Below the pieces are notes generated by a model that saw only the letters and a list, made by a program, of their open reading frames with translations, was not told where the DNA came from and ran no database searches. A program made the translations under genes and the position numbers. A DNA stretch of 63,110 nucleotides, the filler included. It is 13 parts of 13 records of this genome, joined end to end, with 100 filler letters (N's around TTAATTAATTAA, not from the genome) between each part and the next. Parts side by side here need not be neighbours in the genome. Positions count along the whole stretch, not along the records: positions 46,998 to 51,842 come from SRR15195285_605; positions 51,943 to 58,685 come from SRR15195285_606; positions 58,786 to 63,110 come from SRR15195285_613; 10 more parts are not named here. The stretch is one strand, 5' to 3'. Positions 47,271-58,812 of this stretch are shown here, in pieces. Position 1 is the first letter of the stretch, and each line of letters begins with the position of its first letter.

Positions 47271-49010
47271 ATGGTGGCCACCATCACTGCAGCATCTGCC
47301 GCCGCTGCCTTTACCGTTGCCGCCGCCATCGCCACTACCCCCATTGGATCCCCACCCAGCGGCTCGCTGCTGTGGTCAAACGTGTCAGAGGCCGGCTTTG
47401 GCCTCATGTTTGCCGGCTCTGCAGTGCCAGTTCATGGGGGATCTGGAGACGTGCTCCTGGTCGGCCCGTCGGCATCTGGACCGCCGGCGATAAATCGAAT
47501 GCGCGCAGCCACGGGAGAGATTGTCTGGAGCGTCGCACTGAAAGATGCTGGGTTGGACAAAGGTTTTAACTCAGCCGTCTCGCTGGCGATCGGGGCGTCC
47601 TTCGGCGATCCGTCGACACCCGTCCTTGTCGCGTGGGCCTCCGGCTTAGAGAGCACCATTGCAAGTGGAGTGGACGTCAAGAGCGGCAGTTTGCAGTGGA
47701 GTCTCAGCCTGCCCTTCGATGAAATGGGGGATTACTCCTTTGCGGGCGGCGTTTTCCTCAGCTTTGGAAGGCTGCGCGATCGCACCGGGACGGCGGCGAT
47801 CGCTTATGCAATCAATGGTATGGACGACAATGGGGCAACACTGCTGTTCAATGTGTCGATCGGGGGACAGGGAGACTGGTATTCTAGTGTGGCCATCCTT
47901 GCACCTTCTCCCAGCGCTGGCACGACACCTATAGCTGTGCTTGGCACAGTCGAGGGAAATGACAACGCACCCGGATCGATGTATGCCGTGAATACGAGCG
48001 ACGGAACGATGTTATGGGCAGCTGACAACATTACAGCCACACATGCCCACGTGGTACGCGATGTTGTGGTCATCTCAGCTGATACGCGCTCCGTTTATGG
48101 CCAAGACACAAAAATCTCGCTATTGCGTGGTTACTCGCTCAGCAATGGGAGCATGCTCTGGCAACGCTCAGCCCGAGGGAATGAGGGTATCGCGGGAGCA
48201 GGACTCGCCAGGGCATGCGATGAGGACTGTACTCTTCCGTGTGACCTTGTCGCGGCCGGTCGATTCGGGGCAATTTCGCCCTTGAATGGAGAGACAGTCT
48301 TCAACACAACGGTGCGCGACCAAAACGACGCAGACGATCTAAGCGCGATCGTCGATGGGGTTACTTACTCCGTTCATCAGGCTAATCAGATCGGACGTAG
48401 CCACGCTGGTGGGCGCGGCTATTCTAGCGCCCAGACCGGCGCGGGGACGCTGCGTGCAGAGGCCTGCGCAGTGTCCAAGTCAGCCAAGCTGTTGTGGGAG
48501 GCGCCTTTGCCGGTAGGTGACGACGGCGGCTCTGCACCCTGGTCAAAAATTCTGGTAGTTAAACGCACGGGCGCGCAAGAATCGACGACAGTGCTTCTCG
48601 GAGGACACCATCAAGGAGCTTGCTTCCGCGGCCACTGCCAGCCATCGCACTCTGCCATTGCCGCTGTCCAACCTCCTCACGGCATCCACCCACCGCCGAT
48701 TCCGCCCCCACCGCCGCTCCCTGGCCCTCCGGCCCCACCTACTCCGTGCCATACTGCGATAGCATCAGCGTGCGCAGTGGCAAGAGCTGCGAGTGTGGAT
48801 AAGTGCGAGGTGTGCTGTGGGATGCACGCCGCAGCGCTGCAAAAGGTAGGGTGCCAAGAGCCAGACTTTGAGTTTTACTGCCACACGACGACGTGTGATC
48901 CGAGTGCAGACCCGCCACAGATCTGTCCATCTGGGAAGACCTGTCCATGCTGTGGTCAGTCAACCTGCGAGTGTCCACATGTCTCACCGTACGGACCGGT
49001 TTTTGAATGA
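47271..49010 (+). CDS. Secreted PQQ-type (BamB-like) beta-propeller protein with Pro-rich linker and Cys-rich modules
   Basis: Ala-rich signal; repeated AATGEIVWS, VKSGSLQWS, TSDGTMLWA, LSNGSMLWQ (Trp-docking motifs); PPPIPPPPPLPGPPAPP; C-terminal CEVCCGMHAAALQKVGC and CDPSADPPQICPSGKTCPCCGQSTCECP. Confidence 0.78.
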   Translation: MVATITAASAAAAFTVAAAIATTPIGSPPSGSLLWSNVSEAGFGLMFAGSAVPVHGGSGDVLLVGPSASGPPAINRMRAATGEIVWSVALKDAGLDKGFNSAVSLAIGASFGDPSTPVLVAWASGLESTIASGVDVKSGSLQWSLSLPFDEMGDYSFAGGVFLSFGRLRDRTGTAAIAYAINGMDDNGATLLFNVSIGGQGDWYSSVAILAPSPSAGTTPIAVLGTVEGNDNAPGSMYAVNTSDGTMLWAADNITATHAHVVRDVVVISADTRSVYGQDTKISLLRGYSLSNGSMLWQRSARGNEGIAGAGLARACDEDCTLPCDLVAAGRFGAISPLNGETVFNTTVRDQNDADDLSAIVDGVTYSVHQANQIGRSHAGGRGYSSAQTGAGTLRAEACAVSKSAKLLWEAPLPVGDDGGSAPWSKILVVKRTGAQESTTVLLGGHHQGACFRGHCQPSHSAIAAVQPPHGIHPPPIPPPPPLPGPPAPPTPCHTAIASACAVARAASVDKCEVCCGMHAAALQKVGCQEPDFEFYCHTTTCDPSADPPQICPSGKTCPCCGQSTCECPHVSPYGPVFE

Positions 49011-49111
49011 AGCCAGTGAATCTGATCTCGTGTAGCACAACCATCACCTCTTATGATTGTTGGAGCTGCAATGCTGCATCGGGTACCGTGGCGCCGGCCG
49101 TCGCCTCCACT

Positions 49112-49366
49112 ATGATCGAGCTCACCGGTAAGCAGCTGCCCATTTCGACGCTGTGTCTCCTTCACACGGTCGATGAGCTAAAGCAGGTGGTCGCGGCGAC
49201 AACGGGCGCGAAGGTGGAGCAAGTGCAGCTCGTGCTAAAGAACAAGCCCCTAGACGACGAGAGTAAAACTCTGGGTGACTATGGTGTGGAGGCGGCGACG
49301 AAGGTGGTAAAAACAAGTAAGAAAAGCGCCGATGTCGAGGAGTCTGTGCCACCGGCACATCCTTGA
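49112..49366 (+). CDS. Ubiquitin-like domain (stand-alone, or last exon of the upstream gene)
   Basis: LTGKQLPI...TVDELKQVVAATTGAKVEQVQLVLKNKPLDDESKTLGDYGV fits the ubiquitin pattern; no C-terminal GG. Confidence 0.65.
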   Translation: MIELTGKQLPISTLCLLHTVDELKQVVAATTGAKVEQVQLVLKNKPLDDESKTLGDYGVEAATKVVKTSKKSADVEESVPPAHP

Positions 49367-49581
49367 GAGCAGAAGGGACAAAGGGATTTCTGGCGCACTT
49401 TCCAGCAGAACTGAATTCAACCACTTAAAGCAAAATTCGAATGAACTCCATTCAAACTTAGTCTAACTCAAACTGATCACATTACAATCATGTCAGTGTT
49501 ACCAACTGATCCGGTACAGCTCCTGAGCCAGCGGTATAGCCGGCACCGGCTGGCTCAAGGGCTGTTGTCCATGGCTCTTTG

Positions 49582-51612
49582 TCAGTCTTTGTGAGTCGAC
49601 TCCGTACCAATATAGCCCAGCACAGTGAGAGCATCGTTGCGTATCGTGTGCAGCGCACTGCGCCGTGAAGCTGGGAGGTTAGAAATATGCTGGAGGGTCG
49701 ATCGAAGCTGTACCGGATCAATTGGCAACACTCCAGGAGCAAAATGCTTTGAAGTTATCCGCCAACTCCACTGGTTCGTGAGTGTCCAGCAGTCTTGTCC
49801 ATCTGCGTGTCCATCTGCGTACAGCCATCCTGAAAAATCTGCGCACCTTGAACGCAGTTTCCCGGGTCTGCCTGCACGTAGTTGTTGATGAAGCACGTTT
49901 GTAGGTTCAAAGTGAACACAAATGCAGCTGTTCCATTGTGTCCAACCTGTCATTCAGCGCAATGCAAATTGAAGGTCGGCTCTAATCAGACGGCAGAGCA
50001 GCACACTCTTTTGGGGCAGTAAGAGGAGGATCAAGGAAGAGATTCATTTTTCCTGTGTAGGCCTAGGCCAACCGTTGTAGCGCCTGTTGTAGACGCTACG
50101 CACTGCCACATGCGTGTGCCGCACAGAACGAGGCCACGTGCTCGTTCGGCTGCTCAGCCCGGTCGTTCGCCTTTCTGTGCTCTGCAATATACGCGGCCAC
50201 GCGCTTTCCGCCTTCTCTCATCTCGCGTATCGCGTCATCGTGTTGATACGTCGCAGGGGTATACCGCGTGCCGTCCTTCATTGTGTGGTGCTTCACCTTC
50301 CACCCCAACACCTGATGCAACACCAAAAAAGACGCAACCTGATTCACTCAATAGCCAGCCCGTTTGAAGGAGGCAGGAGTGAAGCCGCACGGGACGACTG
50401 ATTCCTGGCATGTAGATTGCCGTAATCCAGTTGTCTATGAACCAATTCAACAGCTTTGGTGGATAGTACGTAGCAAAAATGTCCAGGTGTGTCCGATGCA
50501 CCATGTCGTGTGTCAACACCATTTTGTTCACGTTCCACATCTTGTCGTGACTGTTTTTCTCGCTGCTGTCCCCGTCCAGCGTCATTGGTCCCACGACGCC
50601 GTAATTCTGCTGGCTTCGGAGCTCTCTTACTGCGAACGGAAAGTGGTTCGGCATAGCAAACGATTCAGTACACACAGCTCGACGCGCTGAGCTCAATTTC
50701 CATTTCAAACCTCAGGTTGGTGTGTCTGTCCTCACTTCCATGCGTCACCCAATTTCCGGTGACAAACTCCGTATCGTCGTTGACACGAACGAAATAATCA
50801 GCGCCAAAATCCTTTGCCGCACTTGCAGCTTCATTAAACGGCACCCGTCTACTGCCTGGCTGCTGTTCTACCCAGACGATTTCTATCGTTAGCCATTCGG
50901 GGACTGCATTAGACAGCTGCCGAGACACAGCCCAGGACACCGCGGCTACTCAGTACAGCTGACACTTGCGGCTGTTGCTGCTTTCTGCACGGGGCAGTCA
51001 CAGGCTCCTTACCAGCAACTTTGCGGAGTTCTTCCGCCAGAACAGATCGTCATTGTCCAGCGCGCAGAACAAACGTATGTCCATAGTCTCCCACTCGTGC
51101 TGCACTACTGTCCTCTCAAGCGAGCGCAGCATAATTTTGACGAGAGACGAGTCACTTAGATCGATCCAGTCTTCACCGGAGTGAGCAGCCTGAGGAGATA
51201 TGGAGGCTACAAGAATGCCCACTTTGAGCGGCTGGTGCGAAGAGCTCGGATGTTCCAGCGGCAGACTGGCCTCAATGCCCCCATCGATGCTCCCAGATGT
51301 GCTGGGCCTGCCGCTGGACCTGCTACTCACACCGTCTTCCATCACATTCTCGATGTGGCCCGGCTGCGCGTTGTGCGGGTATTTTTCATAGCCCTGTGGT
51401 CGCACTGTGGTCGTACGCAGATGCAGCAGCTGCGCCTCCAGCTGCTGTACCCGAGCCTGCAGCCGAGTTGCTTCGATGGACTCGTACGGGCTGTCCGAGG
51501 TCACCGATGGTGGCATGCTGTGCCACATTCTCCACGTGAAGCCAGCATACCAGCCAAGCCCCAGCAACAGCGCCACTCCGACGGCCCGGCGCGCGTGCTG
51601 CTGCCGCCCCAT
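49582..51612 (-). CDS. Type II membrane GT-A (GT2-like) glycosyltransferase, multi-exon
   Basis: N-terminal TM VGVALLLGLGWYAGFTW; stem; LFCALDNDD; FNEAASAAKDFGADYFVRVNDDTEF; YGVVGP; LTHDMVHRTHLDIFATYYPPKLLNWFIDNWITAIY; VKHH. Several GT-AG introns; the last exon is less certain. Confidence 0.78.
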
Positions 51613-51964
51613 TCAAGCCCGAACCAGCGCCTCACCGGTGCGCCCCAGCGAGGCGCACTGTCCTCGAGGCATGAGCCACCGCGGCGAGCCGTAGTACAAG
51701 CCTGAGACGGCGGAGCATACGATATACGCGTACCTGGTACGTATACTGTATCGCGATCAACGCGCCCGCGCCCCGCGCGCGCGCGGCGGCCGGCGAACTG
51801 CGTACAACGCCGTACATGTACTAATTACAGTTATTATTACAANNNNNNNNNNNNNNNNNNNNNNNNNNNNNNNNNNNNNNNNNNNNTTAATTAATTAANN
51901 NNNNNNNNNNNNNNNNNNNNNNNNNNNNNNNNNNNNNNNNNNGTTTTCACTCCGCGGAGTGCTG

Positions 51965-51981
51965 AATTCTGACCCAGCCTG
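51965..51981. repeat. Candidate transposon/MITE terminus AATTCTGACCCAGCCTG (copy 2)
   Basis: Identical to 47101-47117; 22 bp from the contig start. Confidence 0.5.
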
Positions 51982-53243
51982 CGAATGGGCATGCACGCGT
52001 GGAGTGTTGCCGAGCACAATTCCGGAACACTACACTATTTGTACCCTCGTTCGAGAAACAGAAAGTGGCATAATCCCATTGTCACTGCATAATTTAGCAC
52101 ATTTCCTTTCATGACGCGAGATCGGCTAACATGGAACAACTACCCGGCGCATCCGTTCTTTGATTGGCTTGCTCATATGATTGAAACAGAACAGCTGCTG
52201 TAGCATCTGCGCAAGCATCCACGCTTCGACCAGATGAAATTGTCAGTGGATGGGCCCATCGAGTGCAGCAAACAGTGCAACGCAGGAACTCGACAGCCAC
52301 TTGCTTCGTCACTTCATCAAGATGGTCACCGACTACTGTGACAAACCAAGCACGACGCACTGCGTAATTCTCCGGGCCATTCAGGTGGGATCGGCCCACA
52401 TTAGGGCTCAGACCCGTCGAGCATTCATCTACGCATCGCTTGTTGTGTCTGCAATCTCTTGGCATTTTCTTGCCGTTTCGCTGCATGGCACAGCGCTTAC
52501 ACTGGCTTGCAAGATCTGCCTTGCCCTCGGAGATGAGCAAGCCATGTGCTTGGCTGGCTGTCATCGTAGGTGTTGACGAACCTGTTATCTTGACCTTTTC
52601 AAGACTCCCTTTGCTAGAAGGTAGCAAGAGGTGACTGGAAATACAGGGTGAGATGGTGTAGAATGTGCTTCGAATGTTCCCTCGGTTTTTTGAGCTCATG
52701 GGCGTTACAAACTCATGTGGGCCAGCTGTGGGGCATAGTAGCGAGCCCGAAGAGGTTTCCCTGCCTCCGGGCGCCATTCGCTCGAGCTAGGGTCGTGTTA
52801 GGGCCGTTTTGTTTGGTCGTACAGTATTTTCTATTTTTCTTCTTCCACTGGTACAACCTGGGCACTGTCGTCGTTGAGAACTCCATCTTTGAAATGGGAT
52901 CATTGAGTCTGTGAGAATTCCAGTCAAAGCACGATTGAGTTTTCGAACAGAAATTACATGTATAGTAGCACCAGCATCCTGATCCTGCTGGGTTGTGGCG
53001 AGTTCGGCGTACGCATACCGTATCTCTAGCTAGAGAATCTACTATGATATCTACGGCTATAATACGCATACCGCCGTATATATGTGTATACGCGCAGGCA
53101 GCAGCAGCGTGCTGGGCGCCGCGAACTCCACTCCCTGAGTCCCTGCTGTCGGTTCTGCGTGCACTGTCGCTGTCTGAGCGTGGGCGCAAGGAGGAGAAGT
53201 GTCGTTTGCGACAGTTAGTTCGGGGCGTGGGCGGATCCGCGGG

Positions 53244-54464
53244 ATGGCGGACGATGCACCGCTCTACTGTGAGCAGGAACCGCCGAGCCAGCAGTTGCAA
53301 GGGCCGGCGTGCTGGAAGTGCGAGGGATCGGGCATACTTCGACATCGGAAGCGGCAAGAGAATCCGGTGGCGTACGCGAAGCGATACGGCGCGAGTCCGC
53401 CGCCCTGCGCGGTCTGTGCCGGCGCGGGTCGGCTGCCCCCAAAGCAGAAGCAGCGCGAGCATGCCGGCGATGCCGGCGTAGTCACCGAACGTCGGTGGGT
53501 GCCTCCGGAGTGGGAACGGGATGGTGTGCCTGGACCGCCAACAGCAGGTGTCGGGGAGCCAGAGCGCGGTGAAGAGCTGTGTTTCCTCACGGGCGGGTGG
53601 CGCATCTTCCAGCGGGTCGGTGGGCACCGATACACGACTGAAGATGTCGTCACCGCGTGGACAGCGGCGCGAAGCCTGGCTTGCTTGCCGGCACGGGCGC
53701 TGGATCTCGGGACTGGGATAGGTTCCGTGATGATGATGACGGCCTGGCGATTTCCTGGGGCCAGGGCTGTGGGGGTTGAGGCGCAGGAACTCTCAGCCAC
53801 TATGGCCAAGCGCTCTCTGCAGTACAACGGAGCCGACGTTGATGGGCGCTGCGAGGTGCGGCATGCGGACATTCGAGACAGCAAGAGCTGGTTGCGTGCA
53901 GAGGAGGCAGGAAGCTTTGATCTTGTCACTGGGACACCGCCGTACTTCCCTGTCACGCAAGTCTCTGGAGCTGGATCGACGACGACACCGGTCGCCATTG
54001 GGGCAATTGGCGCATTGCCTACGTGCCGGCAGTCTGCTCCAGCGCGTTACGAGTTCAGGGGTGGCATTGAGGCCTATTGTGAAGCTGCAGTTCAGGCACT
54101 GCGCTGCCCAGACACACAGAGCAGTTTGGTAGAAGGCGCAGACACACAAAAACGCACAACTGGTGGTCGGTTCGTCGTGTGTGAGGGGTTCTTAGACGGC
54201 AACCGCGCACGCGTGCACAAGGCAGCGGCTGCATCGGGCCTCCGTGTGCTCGAGCAGACGGATGTGATAGGACGCGAGGGAAAAGATGCGCTGTTCGCAA
54301 CATACGTCATGTGCCACGGCGACGACCCCGCACAGCCTGCGCCAGGCGAGGAAACAAAGACCTTGGTAGTGCGAGATGGTAATGGTGACCGCACAGCCGA
54401 GTATTGCGCTCTCATGACTGAGATGGGCATGCCATGTGGCGTTGCTGGGCGTGATTTTGATTGA
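53244..54464 (+). CDS. TrmN6/YfiC-like SAM-dependent N6-adenine methyltransferase with N-terminal DnaJ-type zinc finger
   Basis: CWKCEGSG...CAVCAGAG; WRIFQRVGGHRYTTEDV; ALDLGTGIGSV (motif I); GVEAQ; FDLVTGTPPYF (variant of NPPY motif IV); ARYEFRGGIEAYCEAA. Intronless. Confidence 0.8.
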   Translation: MADDAPLYCEQEPPSQQLQGPACWKCEGSGILRHRKRQENPVAYAKRYGASPPPCAVCAGAGRLPPKQKQREHAGDAGVVTERRWVPPEWERDGVPGPPTAGVGEPERGEELCFLTGGWRIFQRVGGHRYTTEDVVTAWTAARSLACLPARALDLGTGIGSVMMMTAWRFPGARAVGVEAQELSATMAKRSLQYNGADVDGRCEVRHADIRDSKSWLRAEEAGSFDLVTGTPPYFPVTQVSGAGSTTTPVAIGAIGALPTCRQSAPARYEFRGGIEAYCEAAVQALRCPDTQSSLVEGADTQKRTTGGRFVVCEGFLDGNRARVHKAAAASGLRVLEQTDVIGREGKDALFATYVMCHGDDPAQPAPGEETKTLVVRDGNGDRTAEYCALMTEMGMPCGVAGRDFD

Positions 54465-54926
54465 TATATGAAGATACACAGTGACACCCATGGCAAGAGC
54501 TCGGTGTGAACCGACTTGCCATGGCTGGTTGTGGTGTCTCCAGGCAAGTCGGTTCACACCGTTCCTGATGCCCCAACTCTTCTTGTGCAAACTCCCATTA
54601 GATCACACATATAGTCTAATTGTAGGTGAAGCTGGGTATCGGTATGCTGCCCAGTGGAAGATTTTCGACGCTTGGGCTGCAGAGCATCTAGATCAAGCGC
54701 AAACAGAGGCGCTCGCTGGCCGTACCACCGCGAAAGTGTTTGGGTTTGACCAGCCAATATCTAAACTTTGACGACGTGCTCCACATATCTTGGGACGTCA
54801 TGCGGAGGCAGCACCTGCTAACGTCCAAGGTAAAGCCTGGTGTAGTGTAAGAGCATCGACATTTGGATCATTAATGATATTCGAATAGTATCATTGCTAC
54901 AGCCCCGCTATCAAAATTTCGCCTGT

Positions 54927-57900
54927 TCAGGTTTGTAGCCTAGTCGGCAACGAATCGCGCGGAAATTCCTTGAAGAACTGCATCGTGAGCTTCTCCTGTC
55001 CGTCAGAAAGAATATCGAAAGGGACCATTGCAGACCGGCACCACGACCCACCCAAGAGAAAGTACCGCCAAAATAAATCAGTCAATCCACGCACAGCACA
55101 GCGCAACAACCCTACAACTAAGGCTAGCCGACTCGTTGGGATTAGTGGGGTTGTGCACACGCGCACCGGTGCTCCTTCCTTAATCGGGCACGCCGCATGC
55201 CAAGTTGTCTCGACCGGTATACCCGATGAAGTGGCTGACCGAAACATTACTGCCCGGCCAGCTTTCGGCGCGAAACGCGTTGCAGGCGACGGGAAGCTAG
55301 TGCATGCTTCCAAAATTTTAGAGTGCGCAGTTGTGTTCCACGATTGCTTCGAGGCCGCGGCATTGTAGTCAATTGCTCGGCGCCCAGCACGGAAACCACG
55401 CTGCAGTGTCTCACACACATCATCCATTCCTCTACCACCAGTGCCTCCGAAGCATGGGAACTGCAGAGCCCCGGACCGAGGGAAACCATCTGACAGAAAA
55501 ATTAGCACCGTCACAACACGCAACGGTGCCTTGTTGAGGTCATGATGCGGTAGACCCATTAGTGAATGAGCACCTTGCGCGACAAAGTATACTCGCTCGT
55601 CCTTATGCGATCGAATTTTGGTCAAGTTGGCAACACGCTGTTCTACCTACAAGAATCGCGAAAAGAGGTTAAGCACATTTCTGTCAAGCAGAAGCAAAAT
55701 GGCAGAAAATAACTGACACGCAATAGCAAGCAACATTGCAAAATCCACATAAAGTCGAAGCATGCCGGTCATATGTGACGGTCTTAGCATCCAGTTACGA
55801 TAGTCTCAACATTGGCATCGACAAATGTACGCACTGCCCGATAGATGACGTCCTTCTTTGCCGCGGCCACTTTGGAAAGCTCAACCCTGGACATGTAGCC
55901 CTTCACCGTACCATGCTTGGTTTGCACAAGTTGCTTCCCCAGCGCTGACAGATGTTCGACTTCAGAAGTGCTCAGGAAACCATCAAACACGTGTAGCTCT
56001 TCAGGAGCATCGTTGGAAGTGTCTACCGCAGTGACTTGCGGGTCTTCGGACCGGGTGACGACCGAGGTAGGTTCTAGCGCAACTTCGCAGTTGTTCTCAT
56101 GTGAAGTAGTTGACTCTGACTCCACCGCACGCGTGCAGAAGTCTCCAACATATCCCGGTGCACACTGTCTGCACTCGGGCCCGACCCATCCTTCCTCACA
56201 CTCATCCTCACCGTCTGTAGTCTCCTCGGCCAATTCCTGTCGGATGATACTCTCGTCTGAATTCTGCAACAACTCGTACACCGTACTTGACTGTTCAGAC
56301 AACACACTGGGTCCAAGCGAGCGAAAGAACGTTAATATGTGCTTTTCTTTGCCATTGTGGGTGGCACATCCAGCGTGCCATGTTGTTGGGTCAACTTGCC
56401 GTCCGTCTGGTCCAGTCGATCGGAACAGCAAGGCCCTTCCAGTGACAGGCGCCACTCGTAGCAGCCCTTGATCAGAGGTGACATCACGGCAGGCACGGTC
56501 GAATACATTGCGATTCCATAGATTTCCTCTGTTGGCAGCGTGAAGAGAACCATTTTGAGCGTCGGCGACCAACGCCCGGCACAGCTCGTTGGCGGGAGCT
56601 GTAGTGTCACCCTTTTCAATGCACGGAAAGATGGTTTCTCCCCTAGATATAATCGACAATCGACATAGTGTAAGATGGAGAATGTGGAATGGTGCATCAG
56701 CAATCGAATAGTGCGCACCCGGAGACGGTGTTGAGATACAAAATGACGGTCAGGTAGCGCCTTGGATTGGCATTTTGGTCATGATGCAAGTGTTTGACCT
56801 TGCTGCCTGAGCTCCAGGCATACATTGGTGGTTCTTCATGTTCTTCGAACGGAATTCCAGTTAGCCGAGCTACCCGCTCTCGAACTCGCCGCAGTGCCGG
56901 GGAACGTTTCCACCATATCTGTCGCCTAAATCCGGCCTTCCGGTACTCCGGATTCGTTTGGTTGGCCTGAAGCAGCAATTTCATGCCAAGATCACGCAAC
57001 TCCTCGGCCTCGTCTTCGCTCAAAAATGAGTCGTAAATTTGGACCCGTCCGCCCGAGCTGTGCGTCTTGTAGCTTGGCAAACCATCTAGGAGTGCATGCC
57101 AGCTGGGCTGCACTGCGCTGGTCTCACTGCTGCTGCTGTTGCTTGGTTCCTGGATCGAAACTGAGGTACTGCAGTTGTTCGGTAAGTCTGTGCGAAAGAA
57201 CCCGTCCATATCATATGCAGAAATCAGTGCATGGGCCGCCAACATCGTGGTGTGCAGAGTTCTTCTCTCGGGGTGTGCGTCACTGTAGTCACCCCACGAC
57301 CCGTCAGACTTTTGAGCCGCAAGCAACCTCTGAATTCCTGTCATTTGCAAGTCACGGGAACTTGAGCGCCAAGAGTGCATTTGGCAAGACCATGGATGCT
57401 GTGCGAAGATGATTGTTGCGCACCGTCAGTGTACACCAGGGCCGACGTGAGGCCGAGATAGCTCATGCAAAGCACTAGCTCTGCGCCAAGATCTACGTCG
57501 TTTCGCTCCACAAGAAAGCGCTGGACTAGTGGGCCCAGAATGCGCGACAAGTAACATAAATCCTCGGCCGAAAGTCGCGACTGCGTTGGCGCATCTCCGT
57601 AGTCGAAAGCAACAAAGACTTCGTGGGTCAGTGCGTAGCCCCTGTCTCGATCGTACGCCTCGACACTGAGCTGACCCCTCACCTCTGGCCCAATGCCGTC
57701 GTCAGCACCAACTGCCAGTATGTTCGGCCACTCCAATCCAAAACGCTGGTAGTACTCGCGAAACATCGCGCGCTGCCATGGACCACGTCGCTGCAAATGG
57801 GCGTCGAGGCGCGGTTTGATGGCCCGCACTTCGGCCAGATAGTCCGATGTCTCGAGCCCGAGCTGCTGCAGTAGCCACAGCACCCGTAGATATGACATAC

Positions 57901-58429
57901 TGTTCTGCTTGAAGGTGGTATCATCAGTGCGGTCGGTCCCCATGTCGTGGTACAGGGAGCCTCGATTGCCAGGCATCGTCATCAACTCTCGCACTCTCTT
58001 GTCAATGCGATGCTGCTCGACCTCGTCTGCGTGACGCCGAAACAGCACGTACCCGCCGAGCGCCTCAGCCAGCTTCTTCTTGCCCTTGATCCGGTGTGCC
58101 AACAGAGCTGTCGCGTCCACGTCCACGCCGTGGAGCCACGTCAGCGCCGCGCGCCTTCCCGACTCGTACCTACTCCGATCAACAAGAACCGCGAGGAGCA
58201 CTCAAAACCAGCACAGAATTTTTCATGCAAAACTGACGAGTGAATTCTCAAGGCCAACCATTCGTCAGAGCCAAAGGTACTGGGCGCGGGGCACTCCGGC
58301 TCCCAGGGTACTGGTAGGCGTGCCAGTGCCGTCACATGGCCGCAGCTGCACTAGCAGCGACACCCACAGCAGCGTGGACAGCGCCAGCTGCAGCGCGCAA
58401 CTCCTCGTGCAGCAGCTCTCGCGCGCCAT
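54927..58429 (-). CDS. Secreted multidomain protein: alpha/alpha-toroid (DUF6895/DUF4735-like), P4H-like 2OG-Fe(II), EGF, P4H-like 2OG-Fe(II); 6 exons
   Basis: Signal LQLALSTLLWVSLLVQL; YALTHEVF...DLGAELVLC...AQKSDGSWG...HTTMLA; LHHDQN...RYLTVILYLN..GGETIFP...WHAGC...K; CEEGWVGPECRQCAPGYVGDFC; PHHDLN...RVVTVLIFL...WHAACPI...EK. Five GT-AG introns keep the frame continuous. Confidence 0.8.
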
Positions 58430-58785
58430 AGCACGTGGCTGGCACGGCACTGTACCCGCCGTTCAGCCTGCCAGTGCAGGCGGGGTTGCGAACAAATGGC
58501 ACACCCCGCCGGCGCGCACTCTCGCGACTAGATCGGCGCTGCGCATGCATGCGTGCGCGCGCGCGCGCATCGCATCCCCCCGCGGATATACAAATTAGGA
58601 TCCTACCGGTACAGTAATTATTGCGAATATACTAGGATCCTAATGATACTAATTCCAGTTGTTATTACGAATATACTAATTACAANNNNNNNNNNNNNNN
58701 NNNNNNNNNNNNNNNNNNNNNNNNNNNNNTTAATTAATTAANNNNNNNNNNNNNNNNNNNNNNNNNNNNNNNNNNNNNNNNNNNN

Positions 58786-58812
58786 CTGCTGCTGCTGCTG
58801 CTGCTGCTGCTG
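58786..58812 (-). repeat. (CAG)n polyglutamine microsatellite at contig end
   Basis: (ctg)9 on the + strand. Confidence 0.9.

Noticed and set aside
33223-51842. Apparent carbohydrate-utilisation cluster (DUF6259, GH95-like, propeller, glycosyltransferase) around a transposase
   Set aside because: The genes lie on four different contigs separated by spacers, so the linkage is artificial (only the propeller and glycosyltransferase share a contig).
52109-52777. 222-aa minus-strand ORF with Cys pairs
   Set aside because: No recognisable domain and lower GC than the real genes; may be a decayed element or chance ORF.
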